From Podarcis cretensis (lineage: Eukaryota), in the NCBI GenBank assembly GCA_951804945.1, contig OX638154.1, forward strand, positions 51,832,001 to 51,896,000: a stretch of 64,000 bases of DNA, in the 5' to 3' direction. The stretch's first letter is position 1. The number at the start of each line of letters is the position of its first letter. Below the pieces are notes generated by a model. The model was not told where the DNA came from. It saw only the letters and a list, made by a program, of their open reading frames with translations, and did no database searches. The translations under genes were made by a program, and so were the position numbers. This document shows positions 26,278 through 38,888 of this stretch, in pieces.

Positions 26278-28986
26278 ATTAAATAAGTAGTGGTCTGCCT
26301 GCAAGTACCATTGTTACAGCTGCACATGCATACATTGTTAATGACCCATTTAGAGTCTGAGTGCTTTATAAGCAGCTTGCAGCACCATTAATAAGGGACA
26401 CTCATATTGAAATATAAGTGTGATACTGTACCTAAAAACATGTGTCAGAAATACTGTCACTATTCACTGGTGATCTGTTTATTGTCAAATTTAGTTTTCA
26501 AACTAGCTGCTTGCATATAGCAAGATTATTATTATTTTTTTAAAAAGGGGTACTTTATAGTGAGCTATGGGAAATTTTTTTGGGGGGGTGTGGATCTGAA
26601 ACTAAAAGCATTACTGTATTATTTTGCTCCAGTTGCCAAGTGGCTATAATACATTTCTAAAAAACCATACCTTCTGCTTAAGAGGCTTGCATGTGTACAA
26701 CTTTCTAAGTTGCCAGAAGGTATTATAATCTCACTGCTTTACAGCTGACTGGAGGCAAAAGCCTTTAATTTTGCAAGAACCGCATTTTAAATCTGGCACT
26801 TAAAGGTATTATTTCCATACTGCCTTCTTTGTGGCTTCCAGGATTTTAGTAAGTTGACTAAGCATTTTGATATATTTTCTGTCAAATCTCAGTTAAGAAT
26901 TGAAATTTTAATTTAATTCAATTTAAAGTCAAGCCCAACTGAATTTTTACTACAGCCCTAGTGGTAGCTTTCTGTAGGAACTGGGATGTAGTACAGTTAT
27001 GTCCAAGAAGGCAAGAAAATCCTGAGAGAGAGAAGTTCTTTGTAAGTCTCATACAGATAACATATTCCATACATGGTTTTTCATTCTTCTCTTTCCTTCT
27101 GCTTTTCTGTACAAGCCACAGAGGTGGCAAAATTATGTATTTCCATGTAAAAATACCACAAAGTGATGGATTCTTGAGAGTAATTACTGACCCAGCAAAG
27201 CAGAGTGGATGTTTTTGGCTTGGTGAGCACAAGTGAAAACTATGATGCTTTCTTACAAAGTGAGGGCCATGTGTTTTACTGCAAACAGCAACTGAGAAAC
27301 AAAACTGATGTGGAATATTTGGTATTTGTTGGCTACAATCCTTTAGGTTGCTTAGAATCAGATGGTGCCTGCTGCATATTTGAGTCATGCTAGTGTTGTG
27401 GAAGATTGGTTTCATCAATCCTTCTAAGCAATGTATTTCAACCATTTCATTTGCTGTAGGCGTCATGCAGATTTACCTGCAAGCAGAAAGTCTTCCTGCT
27501 GTGATGAGGGTTTTCCTAGAGTCTGTGCCTACCACAATTCCCTGCCTTCGGTCCTTAAGCAATACATGTACAGCCTCCAGATTGAATGCAGATTGTCTCT
27601 TTTTACCTCTTTCTCCCATGCTTCAGGTCAGGTGGGATGCTTGCTTGTTTTTTCTCTTACTCTCAAGTACTTTTGCATCTTCATGTGAACAAGTACGTGG
27701 CACTCCTTAAAGAAGTAGTCTTAACATTTTTAAACTCTTGGAAAGCAATTCTGAAAAGAGGGGTGGTAGTTTCATGATCGACTCAAGGGCCAACCAATCA
27801 AATCTAGCTTCTTGTACATATATGCCACAGATATAGTAAGTGCACTTCTGCAAGAGCCTCATAGAAAAAATATCAAATCAAATCAATCTTTATTACGGTC
27901 CAGAGACCCCACTAATCGTTACAAAGCAATGCACAATTCATATAGCCTACCTCCAGGTTAAACAAGCATTTTGTTCAAAAGATAGGGATAATTGGCTTTG
28001 GCAACCACCGATAAAAACTTTGCCACCACTCATGTTCTAGCGTTTGTCCGGTCTTCCAATAGGAACCTGACATAGTGAGCCTCTGATTTTCCCGGGAAAG
28101 GTACCAGCAAGGGTAATAGAAAAAATATGTATATTTGTATGCACTTCTAATTGAAGCCATTTCTCCCTCTCCCCCAACCAGTATATGTTAGTACCTAATC
28201 AAGTGAGCATCCCCAAAATAAATATGGGCATAAGATTTTTGGCTCTTGCTTCTGAAGCACAAAATAATGGAGCGAGCTGTAATTTTTTATTGGATCAGTT
28301 CTTTCTGACTGTTAAGTGTGTGCTAGACTTAAGCTTTATAAAGTAGTTGTTCAGGTTCAAGGAGAAGAGCTGAGCTTTATACAAATAAGAATGATTAGGA
28401 TTAAGCTGTGTTCCAGCCATTCTGAGAAGGTACAGTTTCATTTGCAAAATGTTGAATCAATACATTTGCTTTCTTGAGAACAAATACTGGGGAAAACTTG
28501 CCAAGAGAACAGGGCTTTTCTTCTTCCTGCAACATGCTATTGAGATTCTTTTCTCCACCATCTGCTGAGAAAGCTATGTACTGAATGGGTTGATCTTAAT
28601 CCCCTTTCCACAAGCTCTGGATGAGATAACCAATAGAAAATCACTAGGGTGGCAGTGAGAAATAGTTGAATTACATGAGCCAAGACTTGCCCTTCACCAG
28701 CCTCTGCAACATTGAATGGAATCCTGGAACACTCTTCTCAAGATGCATGCTGCAGCTACTTCTTTTGGCTGGCTTGAATTGGAAACAGTGCAGGAAGCTG
28801 TGTGTGAGCCAAGAGGTATATCCTGGGAATTGCCTGCAGCATTGCGAAAGTTGTTGAACTGCAGCTTTAGTATGCACATTGCAGCCACATTGTACAACAA
28901 CCCATTTCCCTTAGCCACCTTGTCTTTCACAGGCTGTGCTTAATGAAGGAGAAGGTATCCTGCAGGAGGCTGTGGATGTGCCCATA

Positions 28987-29204
28987 CAGTGGTACCTCGG
29001 GTTACATACGCTTTAGGTTACAGACTCCGCTAACCCAGAAATAGTACCTTGGGTTAAGAACTTTGCTTCAGGATGAGAACAGAAATCATGTGGCGGCAGC
29101 AGTGGGAGGCCTCATTAGCTAAAGTGATACTTCAGGTTAAGAACAGTTTCAGGTTAAGAACGGACCTCCGGAACGAATTCAGTACGTAACCAGAGGTACC
29201 ATTG
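28987..29204. mobile_element. Tigger/pogo-like MITE (218 bp)
   Basis: ta|cagtggtacctcgggttacatac ... gtacgtaaccagaggtaccattg|ta. ~23-bp TIRs, TA TSD, and internal repeated ggttaagaac motifs. Confidence 0.88.
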
Positions 29205-30890
29205 TATTTTGTTTACAAACAATACATGGTGAAAGCCTGCACTAGATTCTCCATTATTCAGAAAGCCTCCTTTCTCCTACCAATGTCTATGCAGAAGGCT
29301 AAATTTATGCTTCCCTATATTTAATGCTCAGAGAGTGCAGCTACACTTTTTTAAAGCTGTTATTTCTTTTTAATTTTGCATATTTGCAAAAGCATTTGGC
29401 ATACTCCTCACAGCTAGCTTTCTAAATCCCCAGCCTATCTCTGATCCATTTAGGGGAAACCGAAACTGTGCTTAAGGGTTTGTTTCAGAGCCTTTTGCCT
29501 CTCTTCCAACATGGCAGTTTCTCGTGTATCCATCTCACATGTATTATTTCTAAAAGCTGTTCTTATAAAGAGGTTTTACAAGCTTACTCTTGATTTGGTA
29601 AAATATCTGTTTATATAATGTTTCTTTTAAAAATTTGTCCCCTCAGGATCTCAGGAGGGGTGTTTATATTAAACAGCATTTATGTAAATCAGTATGATTA
29701 TAGAACATGTTGGTTTGCTGATAATTTCAGAGTCAGAAAGCAGTGGAACAGGCAGAAAAATACATGGGCAGCCCTGTGTCTCACAAGTCCTGTGCGTGGC
29801 GTAGGTTGAGAAGACTGTTTAGAAAAGAGTAGTTATTTTTGGCATTTTCTTCATGTTGTGGACAGTCGGGAACTGTTGTTTCTAGGAAATTCTGACATTA
29901 GGTTTAAAGATGGAAAGGCCTGTTGTGAAACAACACTGGACTTTGTTTAATGCATTGCAAGTGGAATTCCTGTTAAGTGTAATAGAAGAGTGCTATCTGG
30001 AATAGTTTCCTGCCTAGATTGCCATAGAAGTAATTAATATAGGCTTTGCACTTCCCAAGTAATGGCTTTTTGGGGAGGAGCTCTAGTACATAGTGTACAA
30101 AATGCACTTAAAACGGGTGACAGGACTGCCTTTGAAGTACTTGAACTGAGGCACATGCTCCCCTTCCCCAGCGACATTAAATTGAGTTTACAGAGAAACA
30201 AACCAAATGAACCAAATGAATTATTCTGCTTTGATTCCCAAAACAGTTTAGATGTGTATGGTTTGTGACAGGACTTGGTGGTGATAAGATGGCAGTACCA
30301 TCTGAACAGAGGCAGGGCTAGTTTTTCAAGTGCTTGTCACTTAAAAGATTAGATTAATAGTGCCTATGTCTTGGAGTGGTACAATGAATGGCTCAAGATA
30401 TGGGGGTGCAGCAGGTATATTGTACCCCTGCCTGTGGTCAAAGCGGGGTCTGGGACCTCAGAAAACATTTGCATATATTGTATGAAGACTAGCATTTACA
30501 TTTTGTGTAAGCCTACATAAAACACCATGATATTTCTTCTCCCAGAGCATAGGTTAACTTCAGCTTTGTGTTTGGACTTAACTATTAATACCAGAGTAGG
30601 AGGGAACACATGACCCCTCGACTTGCATATGTCATTCTATGCAAGTCTAGTATTATATCTGAACCAAGGCCTTTGACTGCTTTCCAGTTCTCTGCTAGTG
30701 AGACTTAAGTTTGGCTTGTATTAATAAATTGTAATCTACAAACTGTAAAGTACCGTATTTTTCGCTCTATAACACGCACCTGACCATAACACGCACATCG
30801 TTTTTAGAGGAGGAAAACAAGGGAAAAAACATTCTGAATGAAACAGTGGATGTATCATTTTTGTGCTTCATGCTGTGGCCACAGACATGT

Positions 30891-32504
30891 GATCTGATGG
30901 TGAATTTGGGGTGACCCAATGCAAAAATCCTGAGAATCCCTGTGGATCCATGCTTTGTAACCACGTTTTTGCACCATTGCAGCCCCAGGCAACAGTGGGT
31001 GCGTGATTTTTGGGGGGCAGGCTGTAGCCATGGACATGCTATGTGCTCTGATGGTGAATTTGGGCTGACCCAATGCAAAGATCCATAGGATCCATGTGGA
31101 TCCATGTTTTGTAACCACGTTTTTGCACCATTGCAGCCCCAGGCAACAGTGGGTGCGTGATTTTGGGGGGGCAGGCTGTAGCCATGGACATGCTATTTGC
31201 TCTGATGGTGAATTTGGGCTGACCCAATGCAAAGATCCTGAGGATCCATGTGGATCCATGTTTTGTAACCATGTTTTTGCACCATTGCAGCCCCAGGCAA
31301 CAGTGGGTGCGTGATTTTGGGGGGGCAGGCTGTAACCATGGACATGCTATGTGATCTGATGGTGAATTTGGGGTGACTGAATGCAAAGATCCTGAGGATC
31401 CATGTAGATCCATGCTTTTTAACCACGTTTTTGCACCATTGCAGCCCCAGGCAACAGTGGGTGTGTGGTTTTTGAGGGGCAGGCTGTAGCCATGGACATG
31501 TTATGTGATCTGATGGTGAATTTGGGCTGACCCAATGCAAAGATCCTGAGGATCCATGTAGATCCATGCTTTTTAACCACGTTTTTGCACCATTGCAGCC
31601 CCAGGCAACAGTGGGTGCGTGATTTTGGGGGGGCAGGCTGTAGCCATGGACATGTTATGTGATCTGATGGTGAATTTGGGCTGACCCAATGCAAAGATCC
31701 TGAGGATCCATGTAGATCCATGCTTTTTAACCACGTTTTTGCACCATTGCAGCCCCAGGCAACAGTGGGTGCGTGATTTTGGGGGGGCAGGCTGTAGCCA
31801 TGGACATGCTATTTGCTCTGATGGTGAATTTGGGCTGACCCAATGCAAAGATCCTGAGGATCCATGTGGATCCATGTTTTGTAACCATGTTTTTGCACCA
31901 TTGCAGCCCCAGGCAACAGTGGGTGCGTGATTTTGGGGGGGCAGGCTGTAACCATGGACATGCTATGTGATCTGATGGTGAATTTGGGGTGACTGAATGC
32001 AAAGATCCTGAGGATCCATGTAGATCCATGCTTTTTAACCACGTTTTTGCACCATTGCAGCCCCAGGCAACAGTGGGTGTGTGGTTTTTGAGGGGCAGGC
32101 TGTAGCCATGGACATGTTATGTGATCTGATGGTGAATTTGGGCTGACCCAATGCAAAGATCCTGAGGATCCATGTAGATCCATGCTTTTTAACCACGTTT
32201 TTGCACCATTGCAGCCCCAGGCAACAGTGGGTGCGTGATTTTGGGGGGGCAGGCTGTAGCCATGGACATGTTATGTGATCTGATGGTGAATTTGGGCTGA
32301 CCCAATGCAAAGATCCTGAGGATCCATGTAGATCCATGCTTTTTAACCACGTTTTTGCACCATTGCAGCCCCAGGCAACAGTGGGTGCGTGATTTTGGGG
32401 GGGCAGGCTGTAGCCATGGACATGCTATGTGCTCTGATGGTGAATTTGGGCTGACCCAATGCAAAGATCCTGAGGATCCATGTGGATCCATGCTTTTTAA
32501 CCAC
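30891..32504. repeat. 154-bp tandem repeat, ~10.5 units, with 616-bp higher-order duplication
   Basis: Unit starts (g[a/c]tctgatggtgaatttggg) at 30891, 31045, 31199, 31353, 31507, 31661, 31815, 31969, 32123, 32277 and 32431. ORF-track translations recur identically at a 616-bp offset. Confidence 0.97.
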
Positions 32505-32654
32505 ATTTTAAGTGGGGAGGGAAGGAAAAACACAGAAGGGACAAGGAGGCAGGAGAGGGGTGTGCAGAGAAGCAGCTGGCTAAGAATGCAGGAGAGGGGT
32601 ATAGGGAGGAAAGGAAGGCAAAAGTTTTCCCTCACCTACCCACCCAAGCCAGCC

Positions 32655-32656
<2 letters not shown>

Positions 32657-32690
<34 letters not shown>
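32657..32690. repeat. (CT)n microsatellite inside the MITE right arm
   Basis: Direct reading of the sequence. Confidence 0.95.
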
Positions 32691-32693
<3 letters not shown>

Positions 32694-35600
32694 GCATGTT
32701 TTCAGCTTTCCCCTCTGCTTGCCTGGAGGGGAGGGGCTTTCCCTGCTCTTTGTTCCGTTTGAGCAAACACAGCAAGGAAACAGAGATGGGTGGGCAGTAA
32801 GACCCTGAGGCAGAATGCCGGAAAGCAGCCGCTTCCTCTTTTCAAGTTTCCCTTCTAGGAGACGCGCGGTTTGATTTTTGCCTGCTTTTTTTTGCCTCCC
32901 CTTGCACTATTTGGCTCCAGGGACCACACATTCGCTCAATAACACGCACAGACATTTCTCCTTCCTTTTTAGGAGAAAAAAATCTGCGTGTTATAGAAGG
33001 AAAAATACGGTACCTTACCCAGTTTTGGATGTAATGATGAAATCTGGTTAGTACTTTATTAACAAGCAGATGCTTCTGATCTCCTCCTTGCAGCTGTTCC
33101 ATAGAAAGATGTGGGAGCATGTAAACCTAGGTTTGCTTCTATTCACATAGCACTATGGTTTAACTACAATATGCAAAGTAGACCTGGTATCAACCTTATT
33201 AGATCCTTAAGCACTTTTTAGAATTTTGTGGACCTGATAATACTCTTCTACAAAAATCAGAATTTATTTTAGCCTTAGTGGCAATGATTATAACTTATTT
33301 TTAGAGCAGTTTTGAAAAACCGCACATGGTTACTGCAGCAGGGAGAGAACAGGAAAAGGTTTGCATAGTGAAGAATACAGCCACATGAAGTAGTGGTTTA
33401 TTTTTATTTTTATTTTCACAGTAAGAGCTAAACTAGGAAATTATTTAAATTTGATGGCCATCACCGATCCGTGTCTCTTTCCCTTGTCTCGTGGTGACAT
33501 CTAGCTGAAGCAGATGTGTGATGTAATGCCATCGTGACCAGCATTTCTCAGTCCCTGTTCCATTTCATTTACCACTTCATTGACTGCTAAATGTAAGTGG
33601 TGAGTGAAATACTAAATGTGATGCCTCTTCAAGCATCTCCTTCAGCTAGAGGTTAACAAGAGACAAAGAATCATGGATTAGCATGGCCATGTGTTTCAGA
33701 TAATGTCTACCTCTGGCCCTGAATAAAGCTAGTAATATATTGGCTCTGATTCAGGCTCTGTCAGCGTTTAAGTTGCAAAGAATTATATCACTGGCACTTA
33801 CTATTTGATTGTTGTTTATTCCTTGTATCTGTGGACAGTGATGCTGAAAACTGCATTCTTCTTTCTGCCGGACATAATTCCCCATCCAATATGCAACCAT
33901 CAGCCTTCTGTTTTCTTAGTATAATCACTGCAGTTAAGACTGCTACCTGCGGAACCTGTTTGATGCCAGCTAATATTGTAAACAGTGTCCAGCAATGGAC
34001 TTTCCTCCCTCCTCTTCCTTTCATGCTTGCTTGTACTAAGGAAATTTGATCAACATGAAGCTTTGGCTGTCTGGCTGCTGTTACTATGTGTGAGACGGGT
34101 GGGAGAGAAAGGAAGACATACCAGCATACCTATGACAAAAGAGCATGTGCATATTTACACAGACTGAGAATTCACTCACTACTTTATGCTTCCTTTTTGC
34201 AAATTGTAAGCAGTAAATTCCCTCAGATTTTGCTTACCTTCTTTGTGTTTCAGAATACCCCGAAACTGCATCCCCTTGGCTCACTCATACTAGAAGCCTT
34301 GAGTGCTCCAGTAGGTTTATGGATCAGCTCTACTACACTCCAAAAATAGTAATTCAGCCCAGCTGCTTTCAGAGTAATATGTTAAATACAAAAAATGACA
34401 CTAACGTAGTGGTAATGATTAGACTTTATACCAATTTCTTTCAAACTGTTCCTAATATTCTGCTTCTCATTCGTAGGCAGACCTACGATAATGTGATTGC
34501 ATTGAAAATGTCACGTGAAAGGCGGTTTCTGTCTAAATTAAGTTCCAAAATACATAATAAGAAATGTCTTAAAATGTGACTACTTGTCTGTAATCATTGT
34601 GAAAAATGGCAAAAGGACTTAATTTTGCAGCCAGCTGTGTCCTAGAAAGATTTGATTATATTATACTTGTATTGCATGGCAGCAACTTGTCATGCTCTCT
34701 TGTTTGTTACCAAGACATTCACAATACTTAGCCAGGCTGTAACGGCAAGCTAATGTGTGTCTGTGTCCAATACTCTGAATGGTCAAGAGCTGTTCTTGTC
34801 CCTGGTCCTGGGTGCTGTACTTGGCAGAGAGAAGTGACTCTCATATGAAAGTCAAAATAGAAATATATTTTGGGTCAAACTGGGCTCTGAAAGACATTTC
34901 TCTCTAGTAGTCATTAATCTCCAAAAAAACAAGCTTTGGAACTAAGCCAGCTCATATTATCCAAAGCTCATATTATGCCTCATATGGCAAAATGCACAAT
35001 ACATTACTTGGACTTGATCAGACCAATTCCCTGTTCCCCATTTTTCTCCACTACTGGTTTAAAAACATGTGAGCAATATAAATTTAAATTCAGTCAGAGT
35101 TGTTGTTTCTCTTTATAAATATCCTAAAATTGTCACTTCCAACAGCTTTCTAGAGCATCCATAAATGAAGACCTCTGTAAATAGAGACATGTTTCCATAG
35201 CAAAAAAAAACAAGTGCTGCTCTGGTTTTGTTTTCAGTTTAAAACTTCAGTGTGTTTTTTTGGCCCTTGAATCCAGGCATCTGTGTGACAGCTGGCTTTC
35301 ATGGGCATCTTCTTCCCTTTAATATTCAGAAGACTAAAAAGGATGAAGGGTGAGCAGATAACAAGATCTAGTTCTTACGGTGGTGTGAACAGCCAGTTGA
35401 TGGTATGACTACAGTTGTGATAATGGTGAAGGTCTGATGTGGCACCCTCCAGGATTAGGGCAAGCTACCAAAATATACTTGGAGAAACAGGCAGTGTAAG
35501 ATGACAAATGAAACCTAGAAAAGGATGACTAAAGTGACTATCTGGCTCTCAAACAAACAAACAAATCATCACTAACAACCACGAGAGTGTATCTGAAAGG

Positions 35601-37346
35601 ATTTTTATGATGAGGGATATAAATTATTAATTAAACAAATAAATGTCACAAAAATTTAAGTACTCTTTTATACCGTATACCAGCTCTTCTTAAAATTAGC
35701 ACTTCATATAAGTAACATCTGTTTAAGAGAAAGTGAGTGTGCTCTTGATTATTCTTGTTATGTTTTGTCAAATTCTTACTGCCCATTTTATTTCTAAGTC
35801 TTGTCCTCTTGTGCCGGATTTAGTAGATGTGGATGAGCCTGAACTAGGTGGAGCTCATTGTGTTGCCAAAGAAAATAAGTTGTCTCTCTGCGTGCTTTAG
35901 AAAACTGATTTTGGAGATTATACACATTGTTTGTAAGCTTTATAGGCCTGTCTGCACATATTTTGCTTCTATTAGTCTGGTATGCTACATTTTTATACAG
36001 TATTATGAATTTTGTGTCTGCTTTATTTGAATTAAACTGTGTATCTGAAACAATATATTGATTTTGAAAACTTATATTAAATATACTAATTAATTTTCAG
36101 AAGAAAAATAAATCTTGTCAGTGGCATCTCAGGAGGTTTTTCCAGAGTCTAATAGTTTATTAGCTTGTACACAGATATTGAATTTGCTGCTGTTGTTTAC
36201 TTTCGAAAGAGCACAAGAAGCAATTTCCCTCCCCTGCAGTTTTTCCATGACCTTCTAGACCAGTGGTTCCCAATCTTTACAAGTAAATGGACTCCCTTTT
36301 AACCATGAAGATGTTGCAGATTTGCACATACTAATTGTTGAAATTGAAACAGGTGCATATTTTATACCGCTGCAGCACTTAAGATGGAGAAACAGAAACA
36401 CTTCTGAAATACTGTCTTCTTCACTATTTTCAAACCTGCGTGTCTTTTCATCATAGCATGGCCATCTCCTTGTCCTCTGACTGCACTCCTATGCACTTAT
36501 TTTGAGCATCCCAAATCAAACGTTATGCAGGGGATTTGCTCAGAAATTGGAAAAGGACAAAAGATGAAAAAGATTTTAAAAGCTGGTGTTTCCGGGCTCT
36601 TCCTCTACCATGTTCTTGCCATTGCTTTGCTGGGGAAGCCATGTGTATTAAATATCCTTTAAATATATAGTGTAGCATTGGCCTGATACAATTAGAGACT
36701 GTGTAAGGAGAAGTTTAATTGTGCACAGATGACTGATTCCTGAAGGAAACACAGTATCTTGTTGAATAAAATGAACCCCAAAATATGAAAGTAAGTAAGT
36801 ATTTATTCCATCTAAATTAGAGTAAATAGATTTTACACCCACCCAAAAGCCCCTCTGAATATTTTCTATCTCCTGTATGCTATACACATACATTACTCAA
36901 ACCAAACCATTTAGGGGTGGGGGTGGGGGACAGATTATGTGTCTGATTGTTCTCTCCATGCCTATAAATGCATGAGAGGGAAGAAAATTGAGAGAAAGAC
37001 CAAAATACATTGTGTATGTAAGTAAGTGTCACTTTGAGACAGAAATTTTAAATCCTGTGAATTGACATGTTTATGAGATTGAGGGGAGGGGAGATTAAAC
37101 ACTTATATGGTATTGCTGCTTGGTGAAAATGAGAGTAAATGTAAGCATAGAGAAGAAAGAGAAAATGGCAGGAGGAATGGAAAGGTCAGGACTGAGTTCA
37201 CTGTTTCTTTTTCTTTGCAAAAATTCACTGCTGCAGCATAACCCATTATCATTCTCCTCCCTCTGAGACAGACACACGCATACAGATACACACACACACA
37301 CACACATACCAGTTGCCACTTCTGGGGCAAAGTAAGTTGGCCCCAG

Positions 37347-37790
37347 TGACCATGCATTGGTAACCACAAGCTTGGACTACTTTAATGTGCTTTATTTGGG
37401 GTTGCCTTTATGGCTGGCAGTGCGGCTAATTGTTAATTGAGACAGTTTACTATGAGCATGTAACACTATTTATAAAAGTATGCACCTGGGCCAGGTTTAA
37501 GGTTTAAGCTATAAAGCCCTAAACAGCATGGGGCAGGGTTATCTGAGGGAATGCCTTCTCTCATATAATCCTGCCTGATCACTAAAATATTCCAACAATG
37601 CCCTCCTGGTGGTTCCTCAGCCTGCAGAGGTCCATCTCCTAAGAAATGCTTGGCAGGGGGTTGGAATCGATGGCCCTTGTGGTCTCTTCCAACTCTATGA
37701 TTCTATGAAATGGTGTTGTGGTGCCCAGTCAATAGAACAAGCTTTCCACTGAGATAAGGCAAGTGCCTACTGTTAATGGTTTTCAGGACT
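37347..37790 (+). mobile_element. Old L2-like LINE ORF2 fragment
   Basis: catgcattggtaaccacaagcttggactactttaatgtgctttatttggggttgcct translates to HALVTTSLDYFNVLYLGLP, resembling L2 HALVTSRLDYCNALYxGLP. Followed by tataaagccctaaacagcatggggcagggttatctg (YKALNSMGQGYL). Confidence 0.65.
37649..37706 (+). mobile_element. Ultra-short (~58 bp) CR1 3' tip inserted into the L2 fragment
   Basis: cttggcagggggttggaatcgatggcccttgtggtctcttccaactctatgattctat differs by one base from 62165-62222. Flanked by gaaatg at 37643-37648 and 37707-37712. Confidence 0.85.
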
Positions 37791-38243
37791 TGGTAATTCC
37801 CCCAGTCCTTTTATCTTCCAGCCACACTGTGTGAAGTATGTCTCCTACCAGCCTCTTCTGTTTTGAATGAGATTAGTATACTGCTACTCATGCATTATCT
37901 TGTTGTAATCCTTACAACAACTCTAAAGTTTAATATCCACATGATGTACTTACGAGGCTGAGAAGGGTGACTTGCTGAAGACTACGTAGTGAGTTCATGA
38001 CAGAAGTGACATTTGAATGGAGGATTTGTGGCTCAGCTGTTTTAGCCTCTGCGCTACACCAGTTCTGAGTATTAGATTTAGAAGCAGTAATTTTCTTTTG
38101 ATTTAGTTTTCAAGTCAACTGAATGGCATGTTGTATATTCAGTTTTTGTATCCAAATTAGGCTTGAAGGATTGTTATGCGGTGCTTTGCTAGAACTTGTG
38201 GTATAGTGTATAGGAATACTGTATGTTCTGAACTGTATGATTA

Positions 38244-38493
38244 CTGTTGTATCTTGGTTCCCGAACGCCTTGCGAGTCAGGCGTTTTGGCTCCTGAATGC
38301 CACAAACCCAGAAGTGAGTGTTCTGGTTTGCAAACTTTCTTTGGAACCTGAATGTCCAACGTGGCTTCCACAGCTTCCAGTTGGCTGCAGGAGCTTCCTG
38401 CAGCCAATCAGAAGCTGCACCTTGGTTTCCAAACGTTTTGGAAGTCGAACGGATTTCTGGAATGGATTCCGTTTGACTTCCAAGGTACGACTG
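38244..38493. mobile_element. Tigger/pogo-like MITE (250 bp), 300 bp upstream of an exon
   Basis: ta|ctgttgtatcttgg ... ccaaggtacgactg|ta. Degenerate TIRs with TA on both sides, plus the internal inverted repeat ttggctgcaggagcttcctgcagccaa. Confidence 0.75.
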
Positions 38494-38793
38494 TATTGGT
38501 TTTCTTTGTGTAGCTTCTGGTTGGGTATGTGGATGTTATCATCATGAACTCCGAATTGCATATTTGGAATAGCTTATACTGGAAAGCTTTTTTGCATCCT
38601 TTGCAGGGGCATTCCTAAGATTAAAAGAGCCACAGGTTCCCTGACTCCTTTTTCTCTGTTTGATTTGCCCCCTATCATTGCTGGCTGCTGAGCCACATAG
38701 TTTTACAATTTGCACTTAGGTAATAAAACCTTTTCTCTTCATTGAGTTCCTCCCCACTTTTAAAATAAGATTCTGCTTCATTATATTTTTCAG

Positions 38794-38888
38794 GTTCTCA
38801 AAGCCAGCACCAATGTTTTTGGATGATTCCTTCAGAAAGTGGGCACGAATCCGGGACTTTGTACCTCCTTTTGGAATTAAAGGACAAG
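38794..38888 (+). CDS. ST3GAL3: ST3GAL3 internal coding exon (95 nt)
   Basis: Acceptor ttatatttttcag, reading FSKPAPMFLDDSFRKWARIRDFVPPFGIKGQ, donor gtagga. In frame with the previous exon across a 37.4-kb intron. Confidence 0.97.

Larger units (their letters stand above)
30753..33010. mobile_element. Non-autonomous Tc1/mariner-superfamily (Tc2/Kanga-like) MITE containing a tandem array
   Basis: 26-bp TIRs: ccgtatttttcgctctataacacgca (30753-30778) and tgcgtgttatagaaggaaaaatacgg (32985-33010), with 2 mismatches. Flanked by TA on both sides. Subterminal ataacacgcac copies are present. No transposase ORF. Confidence 0.9.

Noticed and set aside
26918-27710. 182-aa minus-strand and overlapping plus-strand ORFs
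   Set aside because: No recognisable motifs, composition typical of random intronic translation, and no supporting exon structure.
30620-30647. 10-bp stem hairpin gacttgcata/tatgcaagtc near the MITE
   Set aside because: Short, outside the TIR, and with no other support for a function.
30891-32504. CRISPR-like array (regular period, palindromic ggatccatgtggatcc motif)
   Set aside because: The whole 154-bp unit repeats with no unique spacers, no cas genes are present, and the context is a vertebrate intron.
30767-32762. Cluster of 100-148 aa repetitive ORFs
   Set aside because: These are by-products of a 154-bp unit (not a multiple of 3) cycling through frames. They have no domain similarity or splice context.
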